Source: Bacteroidales bacterium (GTDB taxonomy: Bacteria > Bacteroidota > Bacteroidia > Bacteroidales > B39-G9). From it: DNA of 64,000 nt. Each line of letters begins with the position of its first letter. Positions within the stretch are counted from its first letter, which is position 1. Below, one piece after another: positions 1 through 8,486 of the stretch. The stretch spans positions 687 to 64,686 of the forward strand of contig JAGLWK010000168.1 of NCBI GenBank assembly GCA_023133485.1. Reading direction: 5' to 3'. The position numbers and the translations under genes were made by a program. The notes under the pieces were generated by a model, which saw only the letters and a program-made list of their open reading frames with translations, searched no databases and was not told the DNA's origin.

Positions 1-456
1 CAAACCACCATCTAATAATGTTAATACATAGCCCTGTATATTAAAAATAGGGGTTTTTAGTTCATGTGAGACATTTCCCAGAAATTCTTTTCGATATTTT
101 TGTTGTTGCTTTAATTCTAAAATTTGTTGTTTTTCTTTTTTTGCCCAGCTTGAAACATCTTTTTCAACTTCTGATATTATTTCTTTATTTTCAAGATTCT
201 CGCTTAAAATTTTCTCATCAATATCAATATTTTGAATTGATTTGTAAATAGGTTTAATTTTTTGGATTATGTAATTATTTAATATGTAATACACAATAAC
301 ATATACAAATAAAAATATAACAAGCATAAATAAAAATATAAGTAAATATTCATTTACATTTTTATTATATAGACCTGTAATCTGGAATATTCCTGATAAA
401 ATTGCCACAAAAATTCCTAAGACAATAGCAATTCTCTTAGGATATGAATATCGCAT
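1..456 (-). CDS. Sensor histidine kinase, N-terminal part; the gene continues past position 1
   Basis: Missing from the ORF track because it runs off the window edge. The reverse-strand ATG at 456-454 opens a frame that I translated by hand with no stop down to position 1 (152 codons). It reads MRYSYPKRIAIVLGIFVAILSG...LLIFLFMLVIFLFVYVIVYY (two hydrophobic helices), then ...QKYRKEFLGNVSHELKTPIFNIQGYVLTLLDGGL, a HisKA H-box. Confidence 0.75.
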   Translation of the reverse strand, partial: MRYSYPKRIAIVLGIFVAILSGIFQITGLYNKNVNEYLLIFLFMLVIFLFVYVIVYYILNNYIIQKIKPIYKSIQNIDIDEKILSENLENKEIISEVEKDVSSWAKKEKQQILELKQQQKYRKEFLGNVSHELKTPIFNIQGYVLTLLDGGL

Positions 457-551
457 TCTTAATATTTTTTTAAATTATATATGTGCAAAGGTATAAAATA
501 TATTTTTTAGTAGAGTTAAATATAGTTTGTTGGTACTAATTAGTACATATA

Positions 552-602
552 AGAAAACTCCTATATTGTCATTTCGACTGAAAGGAGAAATCTCATAACA
601 CA
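552..602. repeat. Half copy of the GTCATTTCGA...GAGAAATCTCAT palindromic repeat, the same family as 40347-40425
   Basis: aaaactcctatattgtcatttcgactgaaaggagaaatctcataaca matches the reverse complement of 40385-40437 almost base for base. Confidence 0.7.
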
Positions 603-675
603 ATGTATATCAATTGAATGAAATTTACTTTCAATGAGGGCTTCGCCGTTCTTACTTCCTGCCTACCGAACAGGA

Positions 676-804
676 CAATATCAATAAGATAAGGTTTAAT
701 AATTTAATAGATTCCTGCTTTCGCAGGAATGACAGGCAGAAATGCCTATTTACAGTTCCTGTCATTCCGCACTTGATGCGGAATCTATTAACTTATTGAC
801 ATTG
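676..804. mobile_element. MITE-like element, TIR family CAATGTCAATAAGTTAA, copy 1 (left TIR slightly degenerate)
   Basis: Left end is caatatcaataagataa (676-692) and right end is ttaacttattgacattg (788-804). The interior carries two hairpins, attcctgctttcgcaggaat (711-730) and attccgcacttgatgcggaat (764-784). It is collinear with 61115-61245, 21187-21317 and, inverted, 2575-2702. Confidence 0.65.
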
Positions 805-984
805 ACTGGACAGGCAAGTGTGCACAATAACGTACTTTATGAACAAACACTAAATTAATATTACAAATAATTACTATTAAAACAAACTTAACATTAGCTT
901 AAATTTTAATTAACAGGTTTAGCTCATATATGTTTTTTCTTTGTATCAAAATAAAAAATCATTAATTAACCTAAATTAAAAAAA

Positions 985-2427
985 ATGAAAAATGGATTTT
1001 TAAAAATTATAGTATTTATATTATCAGCTTTGATGATTAATTTTAGTTTTATATCATGCAATACTGATGATGATGAAAATGAAACAATAATACCTGAAAC
1101 ATGGGAAGCAAAAAGTGGAATTTTTACCCTTTCTGCTGATATCGAAGATGGTGGAGTTGCTGTTAATGATGCTAAAGATGCTGAAAGCTCATGGTTAGCT
1201 TCTTTTTCTTCTAATAATAACGAAGTATTGGACCCCGGAATTATTGCCGATATTACAGGCGGAACATTAAACCCAATACCTTCAAATGATGTTACATCAA
1301 ACCTTGCAAATTATCCTGCAACATGGTTTGAAAATGTTAGCTATAAAGGAGCTTTTGGTACTGAAAATTGGGCAAAAAACTGGACACTTTTAGGCACTGA
1401 ATTTATGAGTGGCAGTAATAATACAATATTAGCTTCAGAATCAGACACTATTACTGATAATGGTAATGGAACAGGAACTGTTACATGGGTAAAAAGTAAA
1501 ACCTACATTTTAAATGGACTTGTATTTGTCAACAATGGACAAATATTAACAATTGAAGCAGGTACAGTAATTAAAGGTATGCCTGGTCAAGGCGAAAATG
1601 CATCTGCATTGATTATTGCACGAGGTGGAAAAATTATTGCAGAAGGTAATGAATCTGAGCCAATTATTTTTACTTCTATTGATGATGATTTGAAAGGTAG
1701 TGTTTCAACATTTGCCAGAGGCTCATGGGGTGGCATAATTATTCTTGGTAAAGCTCAATTAAATTCTTCGCCTGGAGAAACTGCAATTGAAGGTATTCCG
1801 ACTGATGAACCAAGAGGAATTTATGGTGGAAATGATAATAATGATGATTCCGGTATTTTAAAATATGTTTCTATTCGCCATGGAGGAACTGATATTGGCG
1901 AAGGAAACGAAATTAACGGTTTAACATTAGGGGGTGTTGGAAATCAAACTGTTATTGAATTTATTGAAGTAATATCAAATAAAGACGATGGCATTGAATT
2001 TTTTGGTGGAACTCCACAAATAAAACATATTGTCGTCGCTTTTTGTGCAGATGATTCATTTGATTATGATGAAGGATTTTGCGGAAAAGGTCAATTTTGG
2101 TTTGCCATACAAGATCATGATGAAGGTGACAGAATTGGGGAACATGATGGTGGTACCGATCCTGAAAACGGAACTCCTTATGCAACTCCTGAAATATATA
2201 ATGCAACTTATATAGGTAGAGGTGCTGATGCAGGTAAACGAATAATTACTTTTCGTGATAATGCAGGAGGTACATATGCAAACTCTATATTTTTAAGCCA
2301 AACAAAAGGTATAGATATTGAATTACTCGCAAGTGGAGAATGTAGCTACAAAAGATTTCAAGTACAACAATTAATAGTTAAGAACAATATATTTTATAAT
2401 GTTGCAGAAAATATAATTGCAGAATAA
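985..2427 (+). CDS. Predicted lipoprotein with a parallel beta-helix-like core; paralog of 14187-15536
   Basis: Signal peptide plus lipobox (INFSFISC). A long block aligns with ORF 14187 (GTVIKG..G.NASALIIARG.KIIAEG....PIIFT, GILKYVSIRHGGT.IGEGNEINGLTLGGVG, ISNKDDGIEFFGGT, DDSFDYD.G, GEHDGG.DP). It lies directly upstream of a TonB-dependent receptor. Confidence 0.6.
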   Translation: MKNGFLKIIVFILSALMINFSFISCNTDDDENETIIPETWEAKSGIFTLSADIEDGGVAVNDAKDAESSWLASFSSNNNEVLDPGIIADITGGTLNPIPSNDVTSNLANYPATWFENVSYKGAFGTENWAKNWTLLGTEFMSGSNNTILASESDTITDNGNGTGTVTWVKSKTYILNGLVFVNNGQILTIEAGTVIKGMPGQGENASALIIARGGKIIAEGNESEPIIFTSIDDDLKGSVSTFARGSWGGIIILGKAQLNSSPGETAIEGIPTDEPRGIYGGNDNNDDSGILKYVSIRHGGTDIGEGNEINGLTLGGVGNQTVIEFIEVISNKDDGIEFFGGTPQIKHIVVAFCADDSFDYDEGFCGKGQFWFAIQDHDEGDRIGEHDGGTDPENGTPYATPEIYNATYIGRGADAGKRIITFRDNAGGTYANSIFLSQTKGIDIELLASGECSYKRFQVQQLIVKNNIFYNVAENIIAE

Positions 2428-2454
2428 AAAATTAAAATACAGTAAATTCATAGT

Positions 2455-2496
2455 AAGCTGAGTATATATAAATACAATATACTCAGCTTATTTTAA
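2455..2496 (+). terminator. Rho-independent terminator after ORF 985-2427
   Basis: A perfect 13 bp stem, aagctgagtatat (2455-2467) with atatactcagctt (2477-2489), has a 9 nt loop and is followed by attttaatt. Confidence 0.7.
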
Positions 2497-2530
2497 TTAA
2501 ATAATCTCTGTACGAAAACTCAATATTATT

Positions 2531-2819
2531 CGTCATTGCGAAAAGGAACAACGAAACCTGCCTGACGGTAGGCAAATGTCAATAAGTTAACAGATTCCGC
2601 ATCAAGTGCGGAATAACAGAAGCTATGAAAAAGCGCTTCTGCCTGTCATTCCTGCGAAAGCAGGAATCTATTAATTATTTAAACCTTAACTTATTGACAT
2701 TGGACGGTAGGCAGACAATCTCTTGATTTACAGATTACTCCTTTCAGTCATGAGAACTTTTCTCATGACCAACGGGAATAAAAGTTGCTTCACTTTGTTC
2801 GCAATGACGAATAATAATA
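2531..2819. mobile_element. Palindromic element with CGTCATTGCGA / TCGCAATGACG termini, carrying a nested MITE insertion
   Basis: The termini are cgtcattgcga (2531-2541) and tcgcaatgacg (2809-2819). With 2575-2713 removed, the sequence is collinear with the reverse complement of 30947-31073 (cgtcattgcga..ggaac.acgaa.cctgcctgacggtaggca / g.caatct...agattactcctttcagtcatgaga...aaagttgcttcact..gttcgcaatgacg). Confidence 0.65.
2575..2702. mobile_element. MITE-like element, TIR family CAATGTCAATAAGTTAA, copy 2 (inverted orientation, nested)
   Basis: The ends are aatgtcaataagttaa (2575-2590) and ttaacttattgacattg (2686-2702). An identical 11 bp direct repeat, gacggtaggca, flanks it at 2564-2574 and 2703-2713. 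The same target palindrome is uninterrupted at 31028-31047. Confidence 0.7.
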
Positions 2820-2876
2820 AAGGAATTAGTTCTTGTGCAGAAACTAAATAACAAATCTTTTACAAGAATAAAATAA

Positions 2877-5696
2877 ATGAATCGAATTATTATTATTATC
2901 TGCATAATATTCACAACATTAAGTGTTTTTGCACAAAAAGGTACAATCAGAGGTAAAGTAATTGATAAAAATACAGCTGAAGAATTAACCGGAGCAACAA
3001 TTATTATTAAAGGCACATATACAGGAACAATTACTGATTTTGACGGTAATTATTCTTTATTAGACCTTGATACTGGCTTGTATGATCTTCGTTGTTCATT
3101 TATTTCTTATGAACCTGTTCTAATTAGTAATATCAAAGTTAATAATAATGATATAGTATCAATAAATTTTAATCTTAATACTGCCTCTGTTGATATTAAA
3201 GAAATTAAAATTGAAGCAAAAGCAATAAAAAGAACCGAAGCAGCACTTCTATTAATGCAAAAAAAATCAGCAACATTAATGGATGGGATTTCAGCACAAC
3301 AAATTTCAAAAATGGGTGATAGCGATGCAGCAGGCGCTCTTAAAAGAAGTGTTGGCATTTCTGTTGAAGGAGGTAAATATGTTTATGTCAGAGGATTAGG
3401 AGACAGATATAGTAAAACAACTTTAAACGGTGCAGAAATACCCGGACTTGACCCAAACCGAAATACTGTCCAAATGGACATATTTCCAGCTAACCTAATT
3501 GAAAATATTATTATCTATAAAACTTTTTCTCCTGATTTGCCCGGAAGTTTTACCGGTGGTTATATAAATATTGTAACCAAAGATTTTCCTGAAAAATTTA
3601 TTTTTGAATTTTCTACTTCCTTAGGTTTTAATCCTCAGTCAAATTTAAACCCAAAGTTTCTAAGTTATAAAGGTGGCAAATACGACTGGTTAGGAATAGA
3701 TGATGCTTCTCGTGAATTACCTGTTAAAATTGAAGATATACCGAATTTTTCTTTACTTAATAAAGATGAATATCACCTTTTAGACAATCTTACAAAATCA
3801 TTTAATAAAAATATGGAACCTGTTGAACAAACTTCCTTTATTAATCATAATAGTTCTTTTTCAATTGGTAATCAAGTTGATTTTTTTGGTAAACCTCTTG
3901 GATTTATTGCCGGTTTTACTTATTCCCGTGATTACAATTATTATGATAATGGAAGTACAGGGTTTTATAAACTTACAGGTTCAAATGCAAACAAATTAAA
4001 TAAAGAATATTTTTATCAGGATAGAAAAGGGAAAATGGAAGTTCTTACAGGTGGAATGTTGAATTTGAATTACAAATTATCAAATAATCATAAACTCAGT
4101 TTTAACTTGTTAAAAAATCAAAGTGGTGAAAAATCAGCAAGATACCTGTACGGACAAAAACCATCTGACGATATTGGAATGTATATTGAAACCAGAGCAA
4201 TTAATTTTATTGAACGTTCTTTCATATCTCAACAACTACGCGGAAAACATTGTTTTATAAATCTTTTTAATCTAAAAATTAATTGGTTAAGTTCATACAC
4301 TGTTTCAAAACAGGACGAACCCGATTTAAGATTTTTTACTAATTCTCATTATCCTGAATATGCAGGAACACAAGCTGAATATGCTCTAACTCCATCATTG
4401 TACAAAGTTCCTGTACGATATTTCAGAAATATGAAGGAATTAAATTTTGACAATAAAATTGACGCTATTTTATCATTTAATTTATTTTCAAAAAAGAGTA
4501 AGTTTAAATTTGGTGGTGCTTATGTTTATAAAAAAAGAGATTTTGAAGAAAATCGTGTTGATTATTTTAGCCAGATACAATATTATAATGGTGATGTTTC
4601 AGAATATTTAAGTGATAACAATATAGGTACTAATCATCCCCGATTTAATGGAATTGATTATTATGGACTCTACGTACAAGAAGCTACTGATATAAAAAAT
4701 AGTTATTTTGCTGACCAAACAATAATTTCAGGATATTTATTAACAGATATGCTTGTTACTCAGAAGCTTAGGGTTGTTACAGGTGCAAGAGTTGAAAAAA
4801 CTGATATTCTTTCAGAAAGCAAAGACCCAACTAAAGATAAAGGGAAACTTAACGATTTTGATTTTCTACCGGCTTTAAATATTACTTATTTCTACAAAAA
4901 AAATACTAATTTAAGATTTGCTTATAGTAAAACACTTGCTCGTCCCACATTTAGGGAATTAGCTCCATTTGCATCTGAAGACTTTCAAGGTGGTGCTACT
5001 TATATTGGTAATCCTGATTTAAAAAGAACATTAATTAATAATGTAGATTTAAGATTTGAAATATTTATGAACCCTGGAGAAATTTTTTCGTTCAGTTTAT
5101 TTTATAAAAATTTTACAAACCCAATTGAACTGGTTGATAATCCCATCGCTGTAAACCCCGAAATAACATGGCATAATGTTAATAAAGCTAAAGTTACAGG
5201 CACTGAAATAGAACTAAGGAAAAATCTTGATTTTATTAGTTTACTTAAAAATTTTAGTTTTGGAACAAATATCGCCTTTATTAAATCAACAGTATCAATT
5301 GATTCGATTGAATATAAATCAATGCTTGATTACAATCCAAATGCAAAAGATACAAGAGTTATGTTTGGACAAGCACCATATATCCTGAATGCTTTTTTAG
5401 GCTACTTAAACAATTCATTAGGTATCAATGCTAATCTTGCATATAATATTACAGGAAAAAAATTGGTTGTAGTAATGAAAAAAGGTAATCCTAATGTTTT
5501 TGAACAACCAAAAGGTCAATTAGATTTTAATATCTCCAAAAATCTTGGAAAATATACATCAATAAAATTCTCGGTTAAAAATATACTTAATGCTGAAAAT
5601 AAATTAACTTATGATTGGGCTCATAAAGAATATATTTATAGTAATTATTCCTTAGGCAGAACTTTTTCCTTGGGTTTTAGTTATTCGATAAAGTGA
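2877..5696 (+). CDS. TonB-dependent receptor with an N-terminal CarboxypepD_reg-like domain
   Basis: Signal peptide, then GTIRGKVIDKNTAEELTGATIIIKGTYTGTITDFDGNYSL (carboxypeptidase-regulatory fold). A plug domain follows (DSDAAGALKRSVGISVEGGKYVYVRGLGDRYSKTTLNGAEIPGLDPNRNTVQMDIFP). The long beta-barrel ends in an aromatic-rich C-terminus (...TFSLGFSYSIK). Confidence 0.9.
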   Translation: MNRIIIIICIIFTTLSVFAQKGTIRGKVIDKNTAEELTGATIIIKGTYTGTITDFDGNYSLLDLDTGLYDLRCSFISYEPVLISNIKVNNNDIVSINFNLNTASVDIKEIKIEAKAIKRTEAALLLMQKKSATLMDGISAQQISKMGDSDAAGALKRSVGISVEGGKYVYVRGLGDRYSKTTLNGAEIPGLDPNRNTVQMDIFPANLIENIIIYKTFSPDLPGSFTGGYINIVTKDFPEKFIFEFSTSLGFNPQSNLNPKFLSYKGGKYDWLGIDDASRELPVKIEDIPNFSLLNKDEYHLLDNLTKSFNKNMEPVEQTSFINHNSSFSIGNQVDFFGKPLGFIAGFTYSRDYNYYDNGSTGFYKLTGSNANKLNKEYFYQDRKGKMEVLTGGMLNLNYKLSNNHKLSFNLLKNQSGEKSARYLYGQKPSDDIGMYIETRAINFIERSFISQQLRGKHCFINLFNLKINWLSSYTVSKQDEPDLRFFTNSHYPEYAGTQAEYALTPSLYKVPVRYFRNMKELNFDNKIDAILSFNLFSKKSKFKFGGAYVYKKRDFEENRVDYFSQIQYYNGDVSEYLSDNNIGTNHPRFNGIDYYGLYVQEATDIKNSYFADQTIISGYLLTDMLVTQKLRVVTGARVEKTDILSESKDPTKDKGKLNDFDFLPALNITYFYKKNTNLRFAYSKTLARPTFRELAPFASEDFQGGATYIGNPDLKRTLINNVDLRFEIFMNPGEIFSFSLFYKNFTNPIELVDNPIAVNPEITWHNVNKAKVTGTEIELRKNLDFISLLKNFSFGTNIAFIKSTVSIDSIEYKSMLDYNPNAKDTRVMFGQAPYILNAFLGYLNNSLGINANLAYNITGKKLVVVMKKGNPNVFEQPKGQLDFNISKNLGKYTSIKFSVKNILNAENKLTYDWAHKEYIYSNYSLGRTFSLGFSYSIK

Positions 5697-5837
5697 TTTG
5701 TAACATTCGAGCATATAAAACGGACGGGGTTTTCGCCCTATTTCACTGTCCCTGGTTAATAAAGTTTAAAGATAGTATTATTTGTCAAACCGCTACTAAA
5801 ACCTCGCTTGAATTTGAAGTTGTGTTGGCGGTAGTTT

Positions 5838-6827
5838 CTATTTATTCAATTCCACTTTTTCAACAGAACTAAATCCTTTTGTTTTGTTAAATTTCATATT
5901 GTGAACAAAATTTTGCATACTGTCAGATGGGTCAATTGTATCTAAATTCAAATTTTCTATTGTCTCAGGAAGAAGAATTACTGAAAGAATTGGTTGTTTT
6001 TCTAAATGTCCTGTTGTACTATTCAAGATTTTTGACATTGCATTTATTCTTGCATACTCTAATGGTAAATACGCAAAAACTTCTCTGGCAACTCTTATTA
6101 CAGAACTACATATATGATCTTGATAAAGTTCATTGAATTTAGATTGAGTCATGTTCTTTTTTGAAAGTTTACCTGTTGAAGTTTGTTTAAGTTCATAATT
6201 AGGTATCACATCTTCACTATTCACATGTATATTTATATCGATATGATTGTTTTCAAAATCAAAAGATATTTGCGTTCCTAACTCTCCAATTTCTGCAAAT
6301 GGATTAAAATATTGTAAAGCATTTTTGTATGCTTCTGTATCTTTATTATCTATTCCTGTTGCAATTTCATGCAATTCGCCCCAGTTATTAAGTTCTTTTA
6401 GGTACTGATTGTATTTTAATTCATACTCCTCATCATCCTTTTTCTTAGCTTGAGCTAACTGTTCTTTTAATCTATCAATTTTCTTTTGAGTAGAACCAAA
6501 TATTTTGTCAAATATTGATGGTTTGAAATTAATAATTTTGTTTTGAGCTTTATTTTCATTGATTAATTCTCTATTTGGTTCTTTTGGTTCTGGAGTATTT
6601 TTTATTTGATTCCAATTTATAGATTCAGTACAAGTTTTATGAACAGATTGCAGCATTTCAACATAATGTGTCCAATCTTTAACTGCTTGTTCTGCATTTT
6701 GAATTTCTTGAATTTTTTGTTGTTCTTTAAATCTTTTTGCAGCTTCTCGAGCCTGTCTTTGTTGCTCTCTTTCAATATTACGAACAGCTGCTCCATATGA
6801 ACGCATAACTCCTTTTACAGTTGCCAT
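5838..6827 (-). CDS. Hypothetical protein with an N-terminal charged coiled-coil
   Basis: Clean 329 aa ORF. The N-terminus is MATVKGVMRSYGAAVRNIEREQQRQAREAAKRFKEQQK. I recognise no catalytic motif. It sits in a run of small minus-strand accessory units. Confidence 0.5.
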   Translation of the reverse strand: MATVKGVMRSYGAAVRNIEREQQRQAREAAKRFKEQQKIQEIQNAEQAVKDWTHYVEMLQSVHKTCTESINWNQIKNTPEPKEPNRELINENKAQNKIINFKPSIFDKIFGSTQKKIDRLKEQLAQAKKKDDEEYELKYNQYLKELNNWGELHEIATGIDNKDTEAYKNALQYFNPFAEIGELGTQISFDFENNHIDINIHVNSEDVIPNYELKQTSTGKLSKKNMTQSKFNELYQDHICSSVIRVAREVFAYLPLEYARINAMSKILNSTTGHLEKQPILSVILLPETIENLNLDTIDPSDSMQNFVHNMKFNKTKGFSSVEKVELNK

Positions 6828-7055
6828 TTTTTATTTTTTTTTTAATTATGAGTAATGTTTATCAAAATAAATATATCAATAATTTATACTTTTTAACTTT
6901 GTCATTACCTTATTCGAACACTCCCCAAATGTATTATTTTGACTCGCTACAAAAGGGAAATCACCGCCAACTACTTAGTATTTGTCTATAATGTCATCGT
7001 TATTTATTATTATTTAATCATTCAATCATTTAAGCATTGAATATTATAAACAAAT

Positions 7056-7090
7056 CTAAAACTCTTTTTCATTAATAAGTTTTCCATTTT
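7056..7090 (-). pseudogene. Orphan 3' end of a MORN/YwqK-type gene, a duplicate of the 3' end of 8008-8460
   Basis: The reverse strand encodes ...NGKLINEKEF-stop, identical to the last 10 residues of ORF 8008-8460. The same downstream flank follows (taagcattgaa plus an 8 bp periodic tract). There is no upstream ORF body, because the HEPN gene stop lies 40 bp away. Confidence 0.6.
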
Positions 7091-7131
7091 TAATATTCTT
7101 GGATTAATGTTTCAATTAGTAGCTGATGATT

Positions 7132-7518
7132 TTACATAAACTTTTCCATTTCTTCGATAAAATTACTAACCTTTTTAATTAATGGACTTACAAATTCTTC
7201 ATCGTAATCATATAAGTCCCCATAATCTCCTTTATGACGATAATCAAATAGTTTTGAAAATAGCTTACCCTTTTCTTTGTCTATCTTTCCTGTTTTAACA
7301 AAATGAAGCCCAAATTGAGTTCTTGCTCCATCATGGGATTGAGTTTCAATATCATGTTTTAGCAGCAATGCAATTACTGAATAAAAACATGAATAATATA
7401 ATCTATTTACAACAGTATTCCACTTTCCTTTTTCTGCTAAAATTAAAGCTTCTTCAAATGATTCTTTGGCTCTATGAAATCTGTATTTTATATAATCATC
7501 TCGATTTTCTATAATCAT
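7132..7518 (-). CDS. HEPN domain protein, the toxin partner of the MNT-HEPN pair
   Basis: 128 aa all-helical protein with ...FSKLFDYRHKGDYGDLYDYD, the R-x-x-x-D-Y region typical of PF05168-type HEPN. A 4 bp ATGA overlap joins it to the upstream nucleotidyltransferase gene. Confidence 0.8.
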   Translation of the reverse strand: MIIENRDDYIKYRFHRAKESFEEALILAEKGKWNTVVNRLYYSCFYSVIALLLKHDIETQSHDGARTQFGLHFVKTGKIDKEKGKLFSKLFDYRHKGDYGDLYDYDEEFVSPLIKKVSNFIEEMEKFM

Positions 7519-7829
7519 AATTTGATACCCTCCTTAATAACATTTTTATAAAGTGGGGAATAAATCAAAACACTATTCCAATATGCCTTTGAATAAATAA
7601 ATGTTGAAATAACCTGACCTGCTTCTAGCTCAATATCATAAAGTTCATCTCTGAATTTATCTTCAATGTCATTAGTAACTTTACTTTCATCTATCAAAAT
7701 CAAAATATCCCAATCGGAATCTGTTCTATAATCTCCCCGTGCCCTAGAACCAAATAAATAAGCCTCTGCATAAGGGTCATTATTGTAAATACTTTCTGAA
7801 ATTTTATCCTGTAAAAATTTTTGCTTCAT
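7515..7829 (-). CDS. Minimal nucleotidyltransferase (MNT), the antitoxin partner of the HEPN protein
   Basis: AYLFGSRARGDYRTDSDWDILILID is the G-S-x(n)-D-x-D polymerase-beta-type nucleotidyltransferase signature. It is translationally coupled to the HEPN gene. Confidence 0.85.
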   Translation of the reverse strand: MKQKFLQDKISESIYNNDPYAEAYLFGSRARGDYRTDSDWDILILIDESKVTNDIEDKFRDELYDIELEAGQVISTFIYSKAYWNSVLIYSPLYKNVIKEGIKL

Positions 7830-8007
7830 TTTATTATGCTTTAAAATTCAAATTTAATAATTTTTTTACAGACTATGACAAAATTGAATTTGCGTTCGGA
7901 CACACTTGCCATTAACAATGAACTATAACTACTTAAAGTTTGTCAATAACGTCATTGTTTTTTATTATTTAAGCATTTAGACATTTAAGCATTTAAGCAT
8001 TGAACAT

Positions 8008-8460
8008 TTAAAACTCCTTTTCATTAATAAGTTTTCCATTTTCATTATAAATATACCATATTCCTGTTTTATTTCCGTTTTTATATGTCATGTCATATCT
8101 TAAAACACTGCTATCATCCCATACAAACCATTTGCCATGTTTTTTGTTTTTAAAGTAATTTGCTTCAGCAATTTTAACACCTTTTTCGCTCCATGTTATC
8201 CATGTGCCGTGCATTAATCCATTTTTATATACTCTTAATTCTTTTTTATTACCATTCTCAAAAAAATATTCGACATTTCCGTCTATTTCCCCTTTTACAA
8301 TATTCATTTTAAGTTTAATATTCTTATTGTCAAATTGTTCCATATACTCACCTGTATATAGTTCATTATTATTATAATATAAACCATCGTCTCCTTTATT
8401 GATTTGGGAAAATGCGGAGAGATTTATAAACAGTAAAAAAAGTATTAAATATTGTTTCAT
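8008..8460 (-). CDS. MORN-repeat-variant (YwqK-like) protein with a signal peptide
   Basis: Repeated G-x-Y-x-x-(Y/F)-x-x-G-x motifs: GEYMEQFDNKN, GNVEYFFENGNKKELRVYKNGLMHGTWITWSEKGVKIAEANYFKNKKHGKWFVWDD, YKNGNKTGIWYIYNENGKL. Confidence 0.75.
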   Translation of the reverse strand: MKQYLILFLLFINLSAFSQINKGDDGLYYNNNELYTGEYMEQFDNKNIKLKMNIVKGEIDGNVEYFFENGNKKELRVYKNGLMHGTWITWSEKGVKIAEANYFKNKKHGKWFVWDDSSVLRYDMTYKNGNKTGIWYIYNENGKLINEKEF

Positions 8461-8486
8461 TTTTTTATAATTTAATTATGTGTAAC

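Noticed and set aside
66-251. Plus-strand 61 aa ORF at the window start
   Set aside because: It is antisense to a much better supported minus-strand histidine-kinase reading frame (1-456) that contains a clear H-box. The ORF is a low-complexity F/L/I-rich translation typical of AT-rich antisense frames.
1961-2215. ORFs 1961-2206 (-) and 2030-2215 (+) inside gene 985-2427, and similar internal or antisense ORFs (3107-3358, 5927-6136, 12617-12895, 14279-14644, 16757-16975, 17408-17903, 26704-26922, 28190-28372, 29957-30148, 30506-30773, 31335-31643, 37834-38067, 46077-46274, 48320-48532, 49470-50082, 50585-50836, 51843-52115, 53507-53725, 54840-55076, 57475-57657, 59425-60115, 63055-63240)
   Set aside because: All are embedded in longer ORFs that carry strong family motifs. 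They have no motifs of their own and are expected by chance in AT-rich sequence.
552-2819. CRISPR array interpretation of the recurring hairpin repeats
   Set aside because: The repeats differ in sequence and orientation. They are not separated by regular unique spacers of constant length. They occur as 1-4 units scattered across many intergenic gaps, and no cas genes are present.
2744-3016. 90 aa minus-strand ORF spanning the repeat cluster and the start of the TonB-dependent receptor gene
   Set aside because: It overlaps the receptor's signal peptide on the opposite strand and runs into repeat modules (..FIIIRHCEQSEATF.. is a repeat translation).
5697-8470. Integron attC sites / CALIN call for the inter-unit repeats
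   Set aside because: I could not find convincing RYYYAAC...GTTRRRY core pairs or the expected imperfect-palindrome geometry on either strand, and no integrase is in the window. The observation is kept as a cassette-like finding only.
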